A stretch of DNA of 64,000 nucleotides from Zygnema circumcarinatum SAG 698-1b (GCA_037447605.1 CM074805.1:4869361-4933360), one strand, 5' to 3'; shown: positions 1 to 12,540, numbered from the stretch's first letter. Notes: generated from the letters alone by a model not told the origin. A program made the numbers and translations.

Positions 1-47
1 GGCGCCGCCGTCCGCGGAAAAAAAGGAGCTTGGGAAACGCACGACGC

Positions 48-200
48 TGATTGGCCGGGACACCCTCAAATCCCTGACATTTTGGGGCCGTCCTCGCCTC
101 TGATTGGCTGAAAATACCCTAAAATTTTAATTTCACATGCGGGACTCGCGTCTGATTGGTCGCGGACGTGCGCGCGCCTCGCGCTGCGCCCCCTCATTGG
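48..200 (-). promoter_or_regulatory. Array of four CCAAT boxes (ATTGG on +) upstream of FAS1 gene A
   Basis: TGATTGG at 48, 101 and 153 plus CATTGG at 195, spaced ~42-53 bp, all in one orientation, ending ~210 bp before the ATG at 410. Confidence 0.6.
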
Positions 201-409
201 CCCATCGTCCGCAGATTCCGGCGTCTAAGGCCGGAGGCCCTGGGCTCATATATTGGGTTGCTCTTCCCTCATTACTCTAAGGCAACTCCCTCACTCTCCT
301 GCGTCGTTCCATAGCCTCTCTCCCTCCTCCCTCTCTCCTTCCTCCCTCTCTCCTTCCTCCCTCTCTCCCTCACCCCTGTCAGGGTTAGATCACAGCAACA
401 GTAGCGGCC

Positions 410-1223
410 ATGGCTCTCAAGCAGGTTGTCCTCTTGCTCGCCCTCTTCTCCGTCGTCGCCCCGGCCTTCGCCGACGTGTCTACCTTTGTCTCTGAGAAGG
501 CTGGCAATGAGGAGCATGCCGGTCCCGAGGCCATCCCTGAGCGCGTGCAGAACATTTTGGACACCATCGCCGCCGCAGGAAAGTTCAGCAAGTTCGTGCA
601 CTTCGTGAAGCTGCTCGAGCTCGGCTCCAAGATCGGCGAACTCCGCGGAACCCTCCTTGTGCCCACCGACGAGGCCTTCTCTCTTGCTAGCGAGCAGATT
701 CAGGCAATCCTCTCCAAGTCGATCGGAGGAAATGGATTCACCCGTGGCCTTGACAATGTCCTCCTCAGCCACTTCATCAAGGACAGGATCACCCCTCAGG
801 TCCTTGAGGTCAGTCTTGTGCCCTCTCTGCTCTCTCTTATCCCTCACTTTTTAGCTTTTTACTATCAGATTATGACTTGAGGTCGAAATCTCGAGTGCTG
901 TATTGATTTAGCTTGGACCAACTGTGCAGGCTGCTGGAGCCGCCAGATTGAGGAGATTCAAGGCCACCGGCCCGAGCGCAATCATGTCAACCAGGAGTGT
1001 GTTCGGTGACCTCCCCGTCTCCGTTGTCAGCGACGGAATTGAGAACGGTTTCCTTGCTGTGAACACCGCTGAGGAGGATGTGGCGATGCTGACCACCCCT
1101 AACGTCTACGTTGACTTCAAGCTGGCGGTGCAGGGCGTGGACCGCCTGCTCTTGCCTTCGGAGAAGCTGGTTGCCGTTCAGGAAAAGATTAATGCGCAGG
1201 TTAGCGTTCAGGCTGCGAGTTAA
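410..1223 (+). CDS. Secreted fasciclin (FAS1)-domain protein A, FLA-like; 2 exons (410-808, 930-1223)
   Basis: Signal peptide MALKQVVLLLALFSVVAPAFA. FAS1 H1 motif TLLVPTDEAF, [YF]H-like LLSHFI, and H2 motif VYVDFKLAVQGVDRLLLP. Phase-0 intron GTCAGT(809)...TGCAG(929) joins the ORFs in frame. A possible extra donor at 1200 means the C-terminus could extend. Confidence 0.85.
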
Positions 1224-3738
1224 AATCTGGACAATGTAGTTGTTGAGGTTGGAAGGATTTTCGAATGTGATAGATAGTTGAGATCGGTACGGTATATTTA
1301 ATTTGCTCTCACTCAAGCAAAAAGGTACATAGCTTTAGCGCTTGGGTCGCAGCCTCTCGACAGGCTGAATAATAGCCCACATGATGATGTCGTCCGGTTC
1401 GTTAATAACTGTACCCCTCCGTCTTCAGAGAAGGTTTTGAAACGGAGAGTACGTTATATTCATCAGGTAGTGGGTAGGTCTATTCTCCATCCGATATGTA
1501 GTACGAAGATCGACTCTTATAAGTTACTCTCCGCTGTGAAATGTTTTCACATTTTAGAAATTATGTCAACCTGGGCAATTTTCTGCCTGTCTAATCTGAA
1601 AGTTTGTATCATTCATCACTTCTAGATTTTATGAAGGAAAAAAAGATGTGCTATGCCTTGGAATGATTTAACTATCGTTGATTTCAGTGTGTTAATCATT
1701 CTGTTTCTGGGAGTCTGCCTCTATAGCCGTCCAATATTAGTAGGTTCTTGGAACTGTTATTCTAAATTGGCTTACAGTTTTGAAGTTGTCATAAAATTTC
1801 GTGGGGATATCGTGGCGGATGTTTGGTAATAGGTAGGAAAACAGGAAATAGCGTCTGTCATGAAAAACGGCCCTCAATACATTCGATATGTGAAATATAC
1901 AACAAGCACGGCGAAGTTGGCTGAAGAGAAATCTTCTCCAAAAAATGAAACCCATTTTTCGTCCGTCTTCAACTATTGCTGAACTTCCGTTGTGGATTAT
2001 GAAACTTGAGAATGATTGCGTTTCTGCTGACGGAAAGAGAGCCATTATTAGAAAAACTAAATCTTCCGAAGCAAACACAAGGACGCAGCTCCCCGTAGCA
2101 ACATCGTGATGTGATCGTGCATTTGATTAAAATCCGTGAAATTTAAGACCTTCGAACAGGCTTTAAATCCAACATCCTACATTCCTGTCCATACTGGAAC
2201 ATTAGATCGTAAGAAATTTTTGTCGCATGCATGGCCCGCCGCCTCAACAGCCGCCAACGTCGCATCGGATAAAATCAAAAGGTGACAAAGCAATCAATTA
2301 ATAATGAACAAAAGAAATGGCGAGTCCTGTTCTAGCTCGCACTACAGCCAACCAGAGGCCATAGATCACGCGGGACCGTACGGACGGCGTTAGGGTCGCG
2401 GATTGGCGCTTGGCGCGTGTCTCGGGCCGTGTACCAAAGATGTCGTACGATACGGAACGGTTGAGATGCGGCCAAATAGCGTTGTAGAACTGCAGCTATA
2501 CGGCCCAAACCGACAAAGGTCCTGCGAGATGGGGCGGCATGTTTTCAGATCTGGAAACAATCAGTACGGACATAACACTTATACGACAAGCGGAATGTAC
2601 GAAACGGTACGGTTCTGTATGCCGTACTGCAATGCTGTTTTTCTGGGACCACACAAACGACAAAATTACAGTTACTGTACGGGGAAGGGTCATGGCGGGT
2701 GGGTCTGGTTTACGAAATTCAAGCAGCTCAAGTCAGCGAATTTTGTCGGTAGTGTGGGACCGCGCTACGCCGTCAGATTAGGGCGAAATGGTCAATCGGT
2801 CCGTTTGGAGCGACCCACGTGGCGACTTCTGGCAAGGTGGCGTCGCTTTCTGGCGAGGCGGGCGGTGGCTGTCTGAGGGGCCGAAATGGGACCGGGCAGA
2901 CCATGAAGGAGAATAAAAAATTTCTTGAAAAAGTTTAGGATCCGACATCGTAGCAAGCCAAAGTCTAGGAAGCTTTCTGTGGATGGACCTGGATGAGATT
3001 CCGGCCAGATCCAGATAATTTTGTCACGGGAACTGGTATCCAAAAACATTTTTTTTTTTTAAATTTGTTTGGACGACAAGAAAAAGAATATTGATGTGAC
3101 TGTCGACCAAAGGCGGTTCAAAAAATAAAAAATAAAATCAGGAAAAATGGGCTTTACCAAAATGTCACATGCCCAAACAATAATTCGCTACAGCCAGCGA
3201 GACCTTCGCCAACTGGACAAAATCCGTACAAGTATAGCCTTGTTCTGGCGCTCAAAATTCTCATTCCCGTTATTTCCGTATACTGTACCGTGAAGTAGAC
3301 ATGTTCAACCTCAGATCTACCGTCGAGAAAGATCCAAAGTTCTCACCGACATCCACCGACATACACCGACATTTCCACGAGAATTTTTTTTTAAACTTCA
3401 GATCGCGAACCAGTTGGAGCAGAGGAAGGGCCCCTCTGGCCGGCAACCAAATGGTACGGCCGCCAGGTGGCGCCCTCAACGGCGGCATATTCGTCGCTAT
3501 TCACCGACATTTTCGCCCTGTGGCGTGGGAAGGCGCAAGCCGGGACAGGCCGGGCTGTTAGGTGCCATTAATTTATGCCGTGTCGTTTAGCGCCTTCTAT
3601 TCGTACGATTGTACAACCACTGTACGGTCGCCGGACTCCCGGAAATTCCCGCGGCGCACAGCCGTCCGGTGTCCGCGCCTGACAAAAAATTGTCCCGAAA
3701 AAGAAAAGAAGAAGAATTGCGGGACCGATCCGCGCCTC

Positions 3739-3967
3739 TGATTGGCCGCGCCTTGGACGGCGGCAAGTAGCGCTTTCTGATTGGCCGAGCGCCGCCAGCC
3801 GGCCCCTTCCCGGCCTCTGATTGGCCGAGCCCTGCCAGGACGCCCCTGCCATTGCTCAAACGTGCGTCGCTGATTGGCTCCGCGCCTCACGGAGCCACAG
3901 ATCTACGCTCTGATTGGCCAGCGCTTCGGAATTGTCCCCGCGCCTGGGCGCACTGTGCCCTGATTGG
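3739..3967 (-). promoter_or_regulatory. Array of six CCAAT boxes (TGATTGG on +) upstream of FAS1 gene B
   Basis: TGATTGG at 3739, 3778, 3818, 3871, 3911 and 3961 in GC-rich context, ending ~190 bp before the ATG at 4154. Confidence 0.65.
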
Positions 3968-4153
3968 TCCGATTCAGCACGTCGCGCCGTGCCGAACGCC
4001 GAGCCGCCGTCAGCGCGGGATCGCTTCGGCCTTAAACCTGGACGGGCCCCTTCTAGCAGAGACCGACGGAGCTGCTCTGCCCAGCTCAGGCAGGGAAAGA
4101 GGACAGAGACAGGGATTTAGAGGAAACAACAGGAGCTGGGGCTGACGGCAGCC

Positions 4154-6306
4154 ATGGCAGGCAAGGCTTTTCTGGTTGTAGTGTTGGTGGCGGCAGTGAG
4201 CCAGTTGGCATCCGCCGGGGAGGCATGGAAGCTTCCCCAGTTCCGTGCGATGAAGACTGTGGCAATGCCCACGAAGGGAGCCGTCTCGGAGAGGTCCGAG
4301 ATCATCCTGGAGAGCATTGCGGAGGCGGGCCCGTTCAGCAAGTTTGTCAACTTTGTGAAGCTTCTGGAGCTGTCCGGGAGGCTCGATGTGATGAATGGCA
4401 CCGTTCTCGTACCCACCGACGATGCATTCTCACTCGCTAACGATGCCATTCAGAAGATCTTGTCTGACACCTCGGATGCGAGCTACACCACTCAGCTGGA
4501 CAAGCTCTTGTCTTCCCACTTCCTTCGTGATCGCCTCACTCAATCTGCAATGCAGGTTGCCATTCTTACCCTTATCCCCATTTCGTTCTATTCGCCCGCA
4601 CATTTACTGCATCTTTTAAGGGCGTATCCCCCCCCTGTTCCCCTCTTGCCTTAACGCAACTCAGTAACCTTTTTTTCCTGCAGGCACTTCGCGCTGCTCC
4701 CGTGACCCGCCGCTTCCACAGGACAGGTCCTGCCACCGTGATGTCGACCGCGACGGCGTTCTCTGACATCGCCGTTTCAGTGGTGTCAGACGGCGCCGAC
4801 CAGGGCTTCTGCATGGGCGCCGCCGATGCCGAGAACGTGGCCCTTGCGACCCTTCCCGACCTGTACGTCGACCACCGTCTGAGCGTACAGGGCGTGGACC
4901 GCGTCCTCCTCCCCCGGACAGAGGCAGCCATGGACTTGGTCCGCCGCCAGCTCCTGCCGCTGGACGTGTCTCCCCTCTTGACCGCTTCTGTGAAGGCGGG
5001 TCGTGTCGCTGACCCCCCGAAGGCCGCCAAGCCCCCTCCTCCTTCACCTCCCCCGCCGCCACCTCCCAGCCCGCCCCCCCCTCCTCCCATCAGCAACTAC
5101 CGTGAGTTTTCCATTGTAGATCTGCCGAAGTTCATTGAGCTGACGTTTCAGTTACTATTTTTTTTCTACTGTTGCTTTTTTATAATGCCTTTTCCCGTTG
5201 TGTGCAGTTCCTCTTTTTGTCAAATCTGTCGGCAAGAATGTCGACGGTGGCGTTATTGCGAATATCAAAGTCGCTTCTGCGGCCTCCATTAACCTCGGGT
5301 GCGCGAAGCTATGCTTCGAGAATCCACTTTGTGTTCTCTTTACCTTCAATCTTAAACTTCTGAGGTGTTACTTGAAGAGCTCTTCGCCAGTTCTCAAGTC
5401 TTTGGTCGGTACCGACACCTACGTGAAAATTGGTGAGTTTTCTCGTCATTCTGTTTTTCGCACTTCATCACATTCTCCATGGAACCCTTCATTGCGTGGA
5501 ACCCTTCAACCCTTCACCCTTCTAACGTGTTATTGCTCTCTGTCGCAGTTCCTCCCCCTCCTCCGTCCCCACCTCCTCCGTCCCCTCCTCCCCCTTTCGT
5601 CACCCCTCCTCCTCCCTCCCCTCCCCCTCCCAGATCTACCGACAGATTCAACATCCCCCTTGTCGGGTACACAGTGGAGTCCGATGTCTCCGGTGGCATT
5701 ATTCGCAGCACCGGCAAGTGCCGCAATCAGGCGCAGATCAGCAGCCGTTTTGCGTTCACCATGGCGGCCGGCAATAAGTGCACTCTCAAGGGCTCTCAGC
5801 TGTCGGACCCTCCAGTTCCACTTCTCAGCTTGAAGAAGGCTGAAGGAACCGTGACTTACGCGAGTATTCCTGGCAGTAAGTTTCGCCCGATCATTATTTA
5901 TTGGTTGGTTGCTGGGTAGTTCTCGAGCCTCGGTGCTATTTTGACATCATTTTTCTGGGATGTGCAGGCAGACAGGGTCGATTGCAGTTTGTGTTGCCTT
6001 GGTGGGATTCTTTGTAACATCCCTCTTTCGTGATGTGCAGTGAAGCAAGTGTTCGACAGGCAGGAGGGTATCAACTGGGGTCTCGGACGTTACGTCTTCA
6101 GGAAGAACAATACTCTTTTTGGCTGCTACAAGAGGTGTTTCATGGATCCGGATTGTGATATGTTCTACGCGTACAAAGTCGAGCCTTATGGTACCCCTGA
6201 CGCGTGGAGTGCCTGCAAATTTTATGCGACTGCTTACACTGACGATAGTCAGATTCCAGTTGCACCATACAAGGGAATCTCTTATTTGAAGATCTTCTCG
6301 TCTTAG
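4154..6306 (+). CDS. Secreted FAS1 / Ser-Pro(4+) extensin-like / PAN-Apple chimeric protein; exons 4154-4555, 4684-5101, 5208-5432, 5549-5875, 6041-6306
   Basis: Signal peptide, then FAS1 motifs TVLVPTDDAF, LSSHFL and LSVQGVDRVLLP. Two SPPPP(P) tracts. PAN-like Cys patterns CAKLCFENPLCVLFTFNLKLLRCYLKS, a degenerate KCRN..FAFTMAAGNKCTLKG, and CYKRCFMDPDCDMFYAY..CKFY. All introns are GT-AG with consistent phases (0,1,1,1). Confidence 0.8.
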
Positions 6307-7790
6307 AGGTGGGCCTTGTCACCCACTATGTCTACCTGATTAGTTTGCTCTGCCGGTGCTTGGAATTAATATTTTGAAGATACTGAGTCTCCCTTTCGCC
6401 GCAGATGTGGGTCCATATAAATCCTGTTAAAACTTCAATTGGATCATCGACCTCACCGATTTGAAGCCGCTCGATTGCCGTTGGAGGGTGAAATATCTCG
6501 TATATATGATATTTCAATTGGAGATCCGTGTTCCTTGTGCCAACAAGATGGATTTGTAGCTGTTTCTGGCTGGCTTAATTGTCCGCCTTGTTGACATCCC
6601 GATAAAGTTGCGCCGTGCGTGACGTAGCCTACCAGTGGGACTTCAATAAGTAGGCTTTTGGAGGCTCAAACCTTCTAGAACAATTAGTATCTGTACTACC
6701 TTTGTATGTACAGCCGGTATTTGAATGAAGGCTGTGTCCGATTAGATCTATTATATTCGTTGGTGGGTCCCGGCAATTTATCGATTTCCGTTTGTAGCAG
6801 TCTTTTTGTGCCTGCGTGCAGTGTTTCTGAAATCAGTAAAAAATTTAGTTGTCGTTTCGATGGTGCATAATGTCTGATCCTTGGGTAGGCTCGACAGTTT
6901 GAATTAAAACCAACTTCTTAATATTTAACGTCGGAAAAAAAGTAATTCCCTCTCACATGTATTACACCTTCAGACTCTGTCTAAAAACCTGGCTTCCAAA
7001 AAGCAGCTACTTAATCTATTGAAATTACTACCGTCTTCTGTGCCATCGTGAAAGTGACCCCCTTCAAAAACCCCCTTTTGTGCTCTAACTCTTTCCGCAG
7101 ATCAACTCCGCGACTTCCCCCCCTTATTACCCGCTACCCCCCTATTATATATTCGTGGGGCTAGCGCAGGTATCGTTGTCGTGGAACTTCGCCGGAAGAT
7201 GTGGGGCTATGAAGTGATACACTCCATATTTTCGTGACTAGTCCTGTCTCTGTGTAGAAACTCGCTTAATGCCCACCCTCCAGCAGAGAGGCTTTCATAG
7301 TGGTTGTTATTACACTAACCCTGAAAACCCTAGAAAGTTGGGCGGATTCGTTTGGTTGAAGAACCTATGGAGGTCGGTGAAGCGCACGATGCTGAGTGAA
7401 TAATTCTCGAGAGTGAGAGGTAGAGGGCTATCGTGAGAGACACAGGGCAGAGACGGAGATTAGAGTTTACGATATGGCGGGAGGGAGGGAAGAAGGGAGA
7501 GAATACGTGTAAGAGATGTACAGAATAGGGGGGATTGGGTAGAGGGAGGGGGAAAAGGGGGCTGGGGGAGGAGGAGAAAGGTGGCTCCCTTCCCTTCCCT
7601 TCTATGTCATTACGTTCAACAGAATTGTAACTGGCATTCCTTTTGGGGTTTGCATGTCGCATGGTCCATGCGCGGATCAGTTGCAATTCTAGTTCCGTTA
7701 TTCCTGGTCGTCGTTCACGTAGGCCACTTTAGTCGAGTCAGTGTCTAATCGTCTTAAGGCTGATGACTTTAGTCACGGTATCCGCCTGGC

Positions 7791-8108
7791 CACGTGAGCG
7801 CACGAAGTTGAGTCACGAGTGGCACGAGTGACTGTGATTGGACGGCTCCGCTGAAGTTGGCAACGTGGCGCGCGATGAGTGGCCTTCTTCTGCATGACTC
7901 GGCAAGCATAGACCACGTGGCTTAAAATCCGTAAACTCTAGAACAAATGAACGCACGACACGTGGATGATTTGTTTTCGTCGCGATTCTGGTAATGTCGG
8001 CACCTAGTTTTTGGGGGCGCCAAAAAGTTCAAAGAAATGTACGGAACAAATTTAGAACGGAAAATGAGGTTGGGCCAATCAGGTCTGAGAGAGCGTCCTA
8101 CGTGGCAG
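7791..8108. promoter_or_regulatory. Cluster of G-box/ACGT elements upstream of GH30 gene A
   Basis: CACGTG at 7791, 7914 and 7959; ACGTGGC at ~7863 and ~8100. Confidence 0.4.
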
Positions 8109-8365
8109 GAAAGGGGACCCTTTTTTGTCAAATGTTTGAGATTTGGGCAGTCCAATTTCAAAGAATTGGTAAATATTTGCAGGGATCGGCGCCGTTTTCG
8201 ACATTGGAGGATTTTCTCCAATGTCGGGTAAAAATAAATGGAAATATTTTTTTCAAAACGTGAACTCGGCAAAGAAGGTACAACATACTGCACGTTTTTC
8301 AGGAGTTTTTCTTTTTTCCTTTTTTTTTTAAGACATTGTACTGAAGAGTAACGTGCGGAAAAAAA

Positions 8366-10627
8366 ATGAGTGCATTTGCTGAACGTAATTTCTTCACGTT
8401 TTCAGTTTTTTTTGTTATTTTTTCATCACTTTGCCATTTTAGGGGCAGCGGCGCCGCCCTCAATAGAGGGCCTTCTGGAGGCGGTTCATCTACAGGTGGT
8501 GAAGTGGCTATACAGGATGAGGATATACGAGTTTAAAAAAAATAAAAATGAAATTCTCTCAATGTTCAGAGAATCAGCGAATGAGTTCAGGTCTGAGGTC
8601 AAATGTCGGAATAAATTGCTGCTATTCATTTTTTTTTTAAATTTCGAGCTTCCAATGAAAGGAAATATCAACCTGTAATGCAAACATTTGATGAGGAAAG
8701 AGAAACTCACCTGTAAAGTACGCTTTTTCAGAATTTAAAAAAAAGAAAACAACAAGGAAGAAAGAGAGGCCTGACCCTCGAATCCCTCGAATTTAAACCT
8801 AAAACTGGGCAGATTATTATGTGCAGATTTTCCCTCTCGCATTATCCGCGCTTCACTGCGCGACGAGAGAGGGAGGAGGTGGGAGGGATGGGGGACCGGC
8901 CTCGCATGGTGTGACACCTGTCACGCCTGTCAAGCCTGTCACGTGTTGGGATGCTTTTTTAGGGTTCCAAAGAGGGAGAAAGGTCGGCTTGAAGGGACCG
9001 TGAGAAGTTGTTGGGGTTCAGGGGGTGGGAGGGTTGTAGAGAGTTGGCATTCAACTTTTGCATTCGTTTGGAATACATGGGAATTAACTTTTTAAAAGTT
9101 TAAATTTTGACTTTTTTGATTCTTGGAAATTTGAAGGAAGAGTGAGTTTGCTGATGTGAACTAACATAAGTTTTTGCACTGCCTTTTTTCTGGTTCCTGG
9201 CAGGTGGGCGAATTTTGCCGGAGGCTTGCCAGAAGCAAATCAAAATGCAATTCTGGACCTCCTTTTTGATGCGGATCACGGTGGCCTCGGTCTGAACTTT
9301 GTTCGGTACAACATCGGGGCCGGATTCAATGCATCTGTCGACCCTCAATTCCTCGCTTGCCCCTTGTGCTTTCTGTGCCTGCCCGGCTTCAAAAAATTTC
9401 CCGACGGCCCCTACAATTGGTCCTCGGATTCCAACCAGCGCACCATTCTTTTGGGAGCCCAAAAAAGAGGCGCAAATCTCTTCGAAGCAGTTTCATATTC
9501 CCCCCTTCCATGGATGACTCGGAGCGGTTCCGTTACCGGCAACACGGAATGGCACGAAGAAAATCTGAATCCTGAATACGAAGAAGAGTATGCAGAATAT
9601 TTGGCAGAAGTTGTGAGGGAGTACAGAGACAACCCTGCATGGAACATCGAGTTCCGTTCTCTCGCTCCGTTTAACGAGCCCATGGAAGGGTGGTGGGTGT
9701 TGGGTAACCGCCAAGAGGGCTGCAATTTCTCCCCATCTTCTATAGACAGAGTGGTGCAGAAGATTCACGCTGCCTTAAGGAGGAAGAAACTGCGTACAGG
9801 TGTGAGCATTGCAGATTCATGGCTCCAACATACATGGAGATTGGTTTCAAATTTGAGTGAAGCCGGCTTAAACTCCTTCTCGCAACTCAATGTGCATTCC
9901 TATGGTGCGTCCGACGCTTTACAGAATACTGAAACGGAACGGAGCCTGCGATTGCTGTTGTCGGATACGGCGAAACGTCTTGGAAAGGGTTTATGGCAGA
10001 CGGAGATGGGCCCGCTGGGGTTCAGCGTGGAGGGGGAAATGATGGTGGGGTTGGAAATCGCGCGATACATCATGCTGGATGTGAACCAGGTGAAATCACA
10101 ATTTTTCAAACCCGACAATCATGGGCTTACACAAAACTTTCAAACAAATTGCACGAGGAATTCGTTATTTACAAGTGTTAGGAGCAGTTATTCGAAAATC
10201 GTAAAAAACTCTAAAATGTAATCAAAAAACTAAACCCTCCGTCATGTGAAAATGATGAACTCCCTATAAATTGTCTGCCGCCTGTTATTGACGATTAGTC
10301 TGTTTCAAGCACATATGCTTTGGTTCGAAAGGTTTTTGAATTCTGCGATCGGCGGCTTGTTTTAACTCCCATAAAAAACCTGGTTCGTTTGACAGTTACA
10401 GGTCTCCGCCTGGGCGTACTGGCAAGCGGTAGAGCAGCCCAATTCCGCAAATTGGGGCTTCCTTCATGTTCTGTACGATTACTCGCAGCCCTTCCAAGTG
10501 CAGGTCACAAAGCAGTTCTACATAATGGCGCACTTCTCAAGGTGCGCTTCCGCCTCGCCCACCCGCTTCCTTCCTTTCAAAAGTTTCCTGAGAGCGACTG
10601 AGTGCGAGAGAGAGAGGGAGAGAGAGC

Positions 10628-10659
<32 letters not shown>

Positions 10660-11079
10660 GCGAGAGAGAGAGAGAGAGAGAGGGAGAGAGAGTCTTTGTA
10701 AGTGACCGCCTTTGTGATGCCATGGCTGATATGCAGATGGATTCGACCCAATAGTGTCATCCTCACCCTTGACGAAACCACGAGCGCGAACGCTCTCATC
10801 GCGTGGGACAGTGCGAGGTCGCGTCTGGCGATGGTGATGGCGAACCCCTCCGAGTTCCATGTGAGGCGGCGACTGCAACTGATGGAGCCGTCATTCGATT
10901 GCGCATGGAACACGGCGGAAGTGTACAGAACGACGGCGACGGAGAACCATGTGCTGCTAACTCCTCTCGTGTCCTGGGTTCATGTTCGAGAGAGGGGGTC
11001 CTGTGAACTTGAAGTGAGGCTCTTACCCGTGTCTCTGACGACCTTCGTTTTTAGCGAAGTACAGAGTGCGGTGCTGTGA
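8366..11079 (+). CDS. GH30 subfamily 5 endo-beta-1,6-galactanase-like protein A, secreted; exons 8366-8495, 8827-8908, 9204-10089, 10396-10541, 10737-11079
   Basis: Spliced product begins with a signal-peptide-like MSAFAERNFFTFSVFFVIFSSLCHFRGSGA. It contains WEGWGTGLAWWANFAGG, LGLNFVRYNIGAG, YSPLPWM, catalytic acid/base PFNEPMEGWW...QEGCNF, NVHSY, nucleophile LWQTE, and AWAYWQ...NWG. Exon phases are consistent. Confidence 0.88.
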
Positions 11080-11775
11080 GGGTTCCGTTTCCATGTCAGT
11101 TCAGTTTGTGAATGACAAGCGTTGCCGCTTGGAGTGGCGAATCAGAAAGGAAGTCCTTCCTTTGCATTGGGATTATCATCGCTATTGACAAAGCGTTCAT
11201 TGAACAAAGACCTATTGTGGATACCCGAAAAAATCATCACATGTGACAGATGTCACGACATTGGTGCTCATCTTCAACCCGATGTGTGACACAAAAATTC
11301 AAAGCCACTCAGATTGGTCATAAGAGGATGAGTCAAACAATGGAAGGATGGTTCCTAAAACATGGAAACAATTGAACCGCAAAGAGACCATTGGGTTAAT
11401 ACTGGACTGCTCAACCAACCATTGGTAAGCCAACCTTTGATTTTCGGGCAGTCCGAACATTTTGGGTGTTTCAAGAGTCCAAAAATGTGCCTGTCGGGCA
11501 CGACGGGCAGCAGTCGAAAGGAGATTTGCTACAGGACAAAATACTGCTGCCGTACAGCTGGATGTCGGCGCCAACCTGAACCGTTGGCTAACTGGACGGT
11601 TTGATCGCAGCCGTCCACGTGGCGAGCAGAGAGCCAGCAAGATCTCCACCGACATGCGTACGTGGCAGTTTTTTCCACTTGGCGCTTTTGAGTTGTTCCA
11701 CGTGTATACCTTAGGCCGCCACGTGGCGGGACACGACCGGTTCCAGAAGTTGCAATGCTTACAACACATTTAGGG

Positions 11776-12090
11776 TTGGGACGGAGCGTGCGGAGAGGAG
11801 AGGGGAGGGGAACGGAGGAGAGGAGAGGGGAGGGGAACGGAGGAGAGGAGAGGGGAGGGGGAGAGAGGGAGTGGGAAGGGAGAGGGAGGGAGTGGGAAGG
11901 GAGAGAGAGAGGGAGAGAGGGGGGGAGAGAGGGAGAGAGGGGGGGAGAGAGAGAGGGAGAGAGAGAGAGGGTGAGAGAGAGGGTGAGAGAGGGAGAGAGA
12001 GAGTGTGAGAGTGGGTGAGAGAGAGGGGGTGAGAGTGGGTGAGAGAGAGAGAGGGCGTGAGAGAGAGTGGGGAAAAGGAGAGGGAGAGAA
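11776..12090. repeat. GA/GGGA-rich purine low-complexity tract
   Basis: Almost only G and A on + (GAGAGG, GGAGAG and GTGAGA variants). Confidence 0.85.
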
Positions 12091-12414
12091 GATCATGGCT
12101 CTTGCATGAACCGTGTATGGCTTCGGAGGTGCGCCAGCTGTCGTCGTGTTTCAGGTGTGCTCTCCCTCTCTCGCTCCATCTCCCTGTCTCTCTCTCCCAC
12201 TTTTTTGTCCACATCTACTCACCTCTACTCTGGTTCGGAAATAGCATCCGCAATTGAAGAAAGGACCAGATGTATAACCTTATTCAGAAAAAAGGGCAAA
12301 ATGATCATTTGTTCATGATCAAACCGAGACCATTTTCTTAACAGAATGTGCCTTCAACTTTATATTTCCGGATATATTACTGACTCTTCATAAAACCGAA
12401 AAAAGTCCAAGAAG

Positions 12415-12540
12415 ATCAAACCAAGTCAATGCAAGTCAAGTCGACTCCGGTCAAGTCAAGTCGAGTCAAACTCGGTCAGATCAAGTCTGCGCAGATCAAT
12501 GCAGGTGAAACTCAGCCCTGTCAATTCAAGCTAGGTCAAC
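12415..12540. repeat. Degenerate pentamer repeat (GTCAA/TCAAG)n
   Basis: caagtcaatgcaagtcaagtcgactccggtcaagtcaagtcgagtcaaactcggtcagatcaagtc. Confidence 0.6.

Noticed and set aside
2403-2876. 157-aa ORF between the FAS1 genes
   Set aside because: It starts at TTG, has no recognisable motif or splice context, and lies in GTAC/CGTACG-rich repeat-like DNA.
3459-3475. CTCF-like motif CCGCCAGGTGGCGC, with similar sequences near 56717 and 60090
   Set aside because: CTCF is restricted to bilaterians, and GC-rich matches are expected by chance.
3739-3967. Regularly spaced short repeats resembling a CRISPR array
   Set aside because: The shared core is only 7-11 bp, spacing is irregular, the context is eukaryotic and there are no cas genes; this is a CCAAT array.
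5968-6017. Alternative short terminal exon for FAS1-B via the acceptor at 5967
   Set aside because: It gives a stop after ~16 codons, whereas the acceptor at 6040 yields a complete PAN-like module. It could still be a minor isoform.
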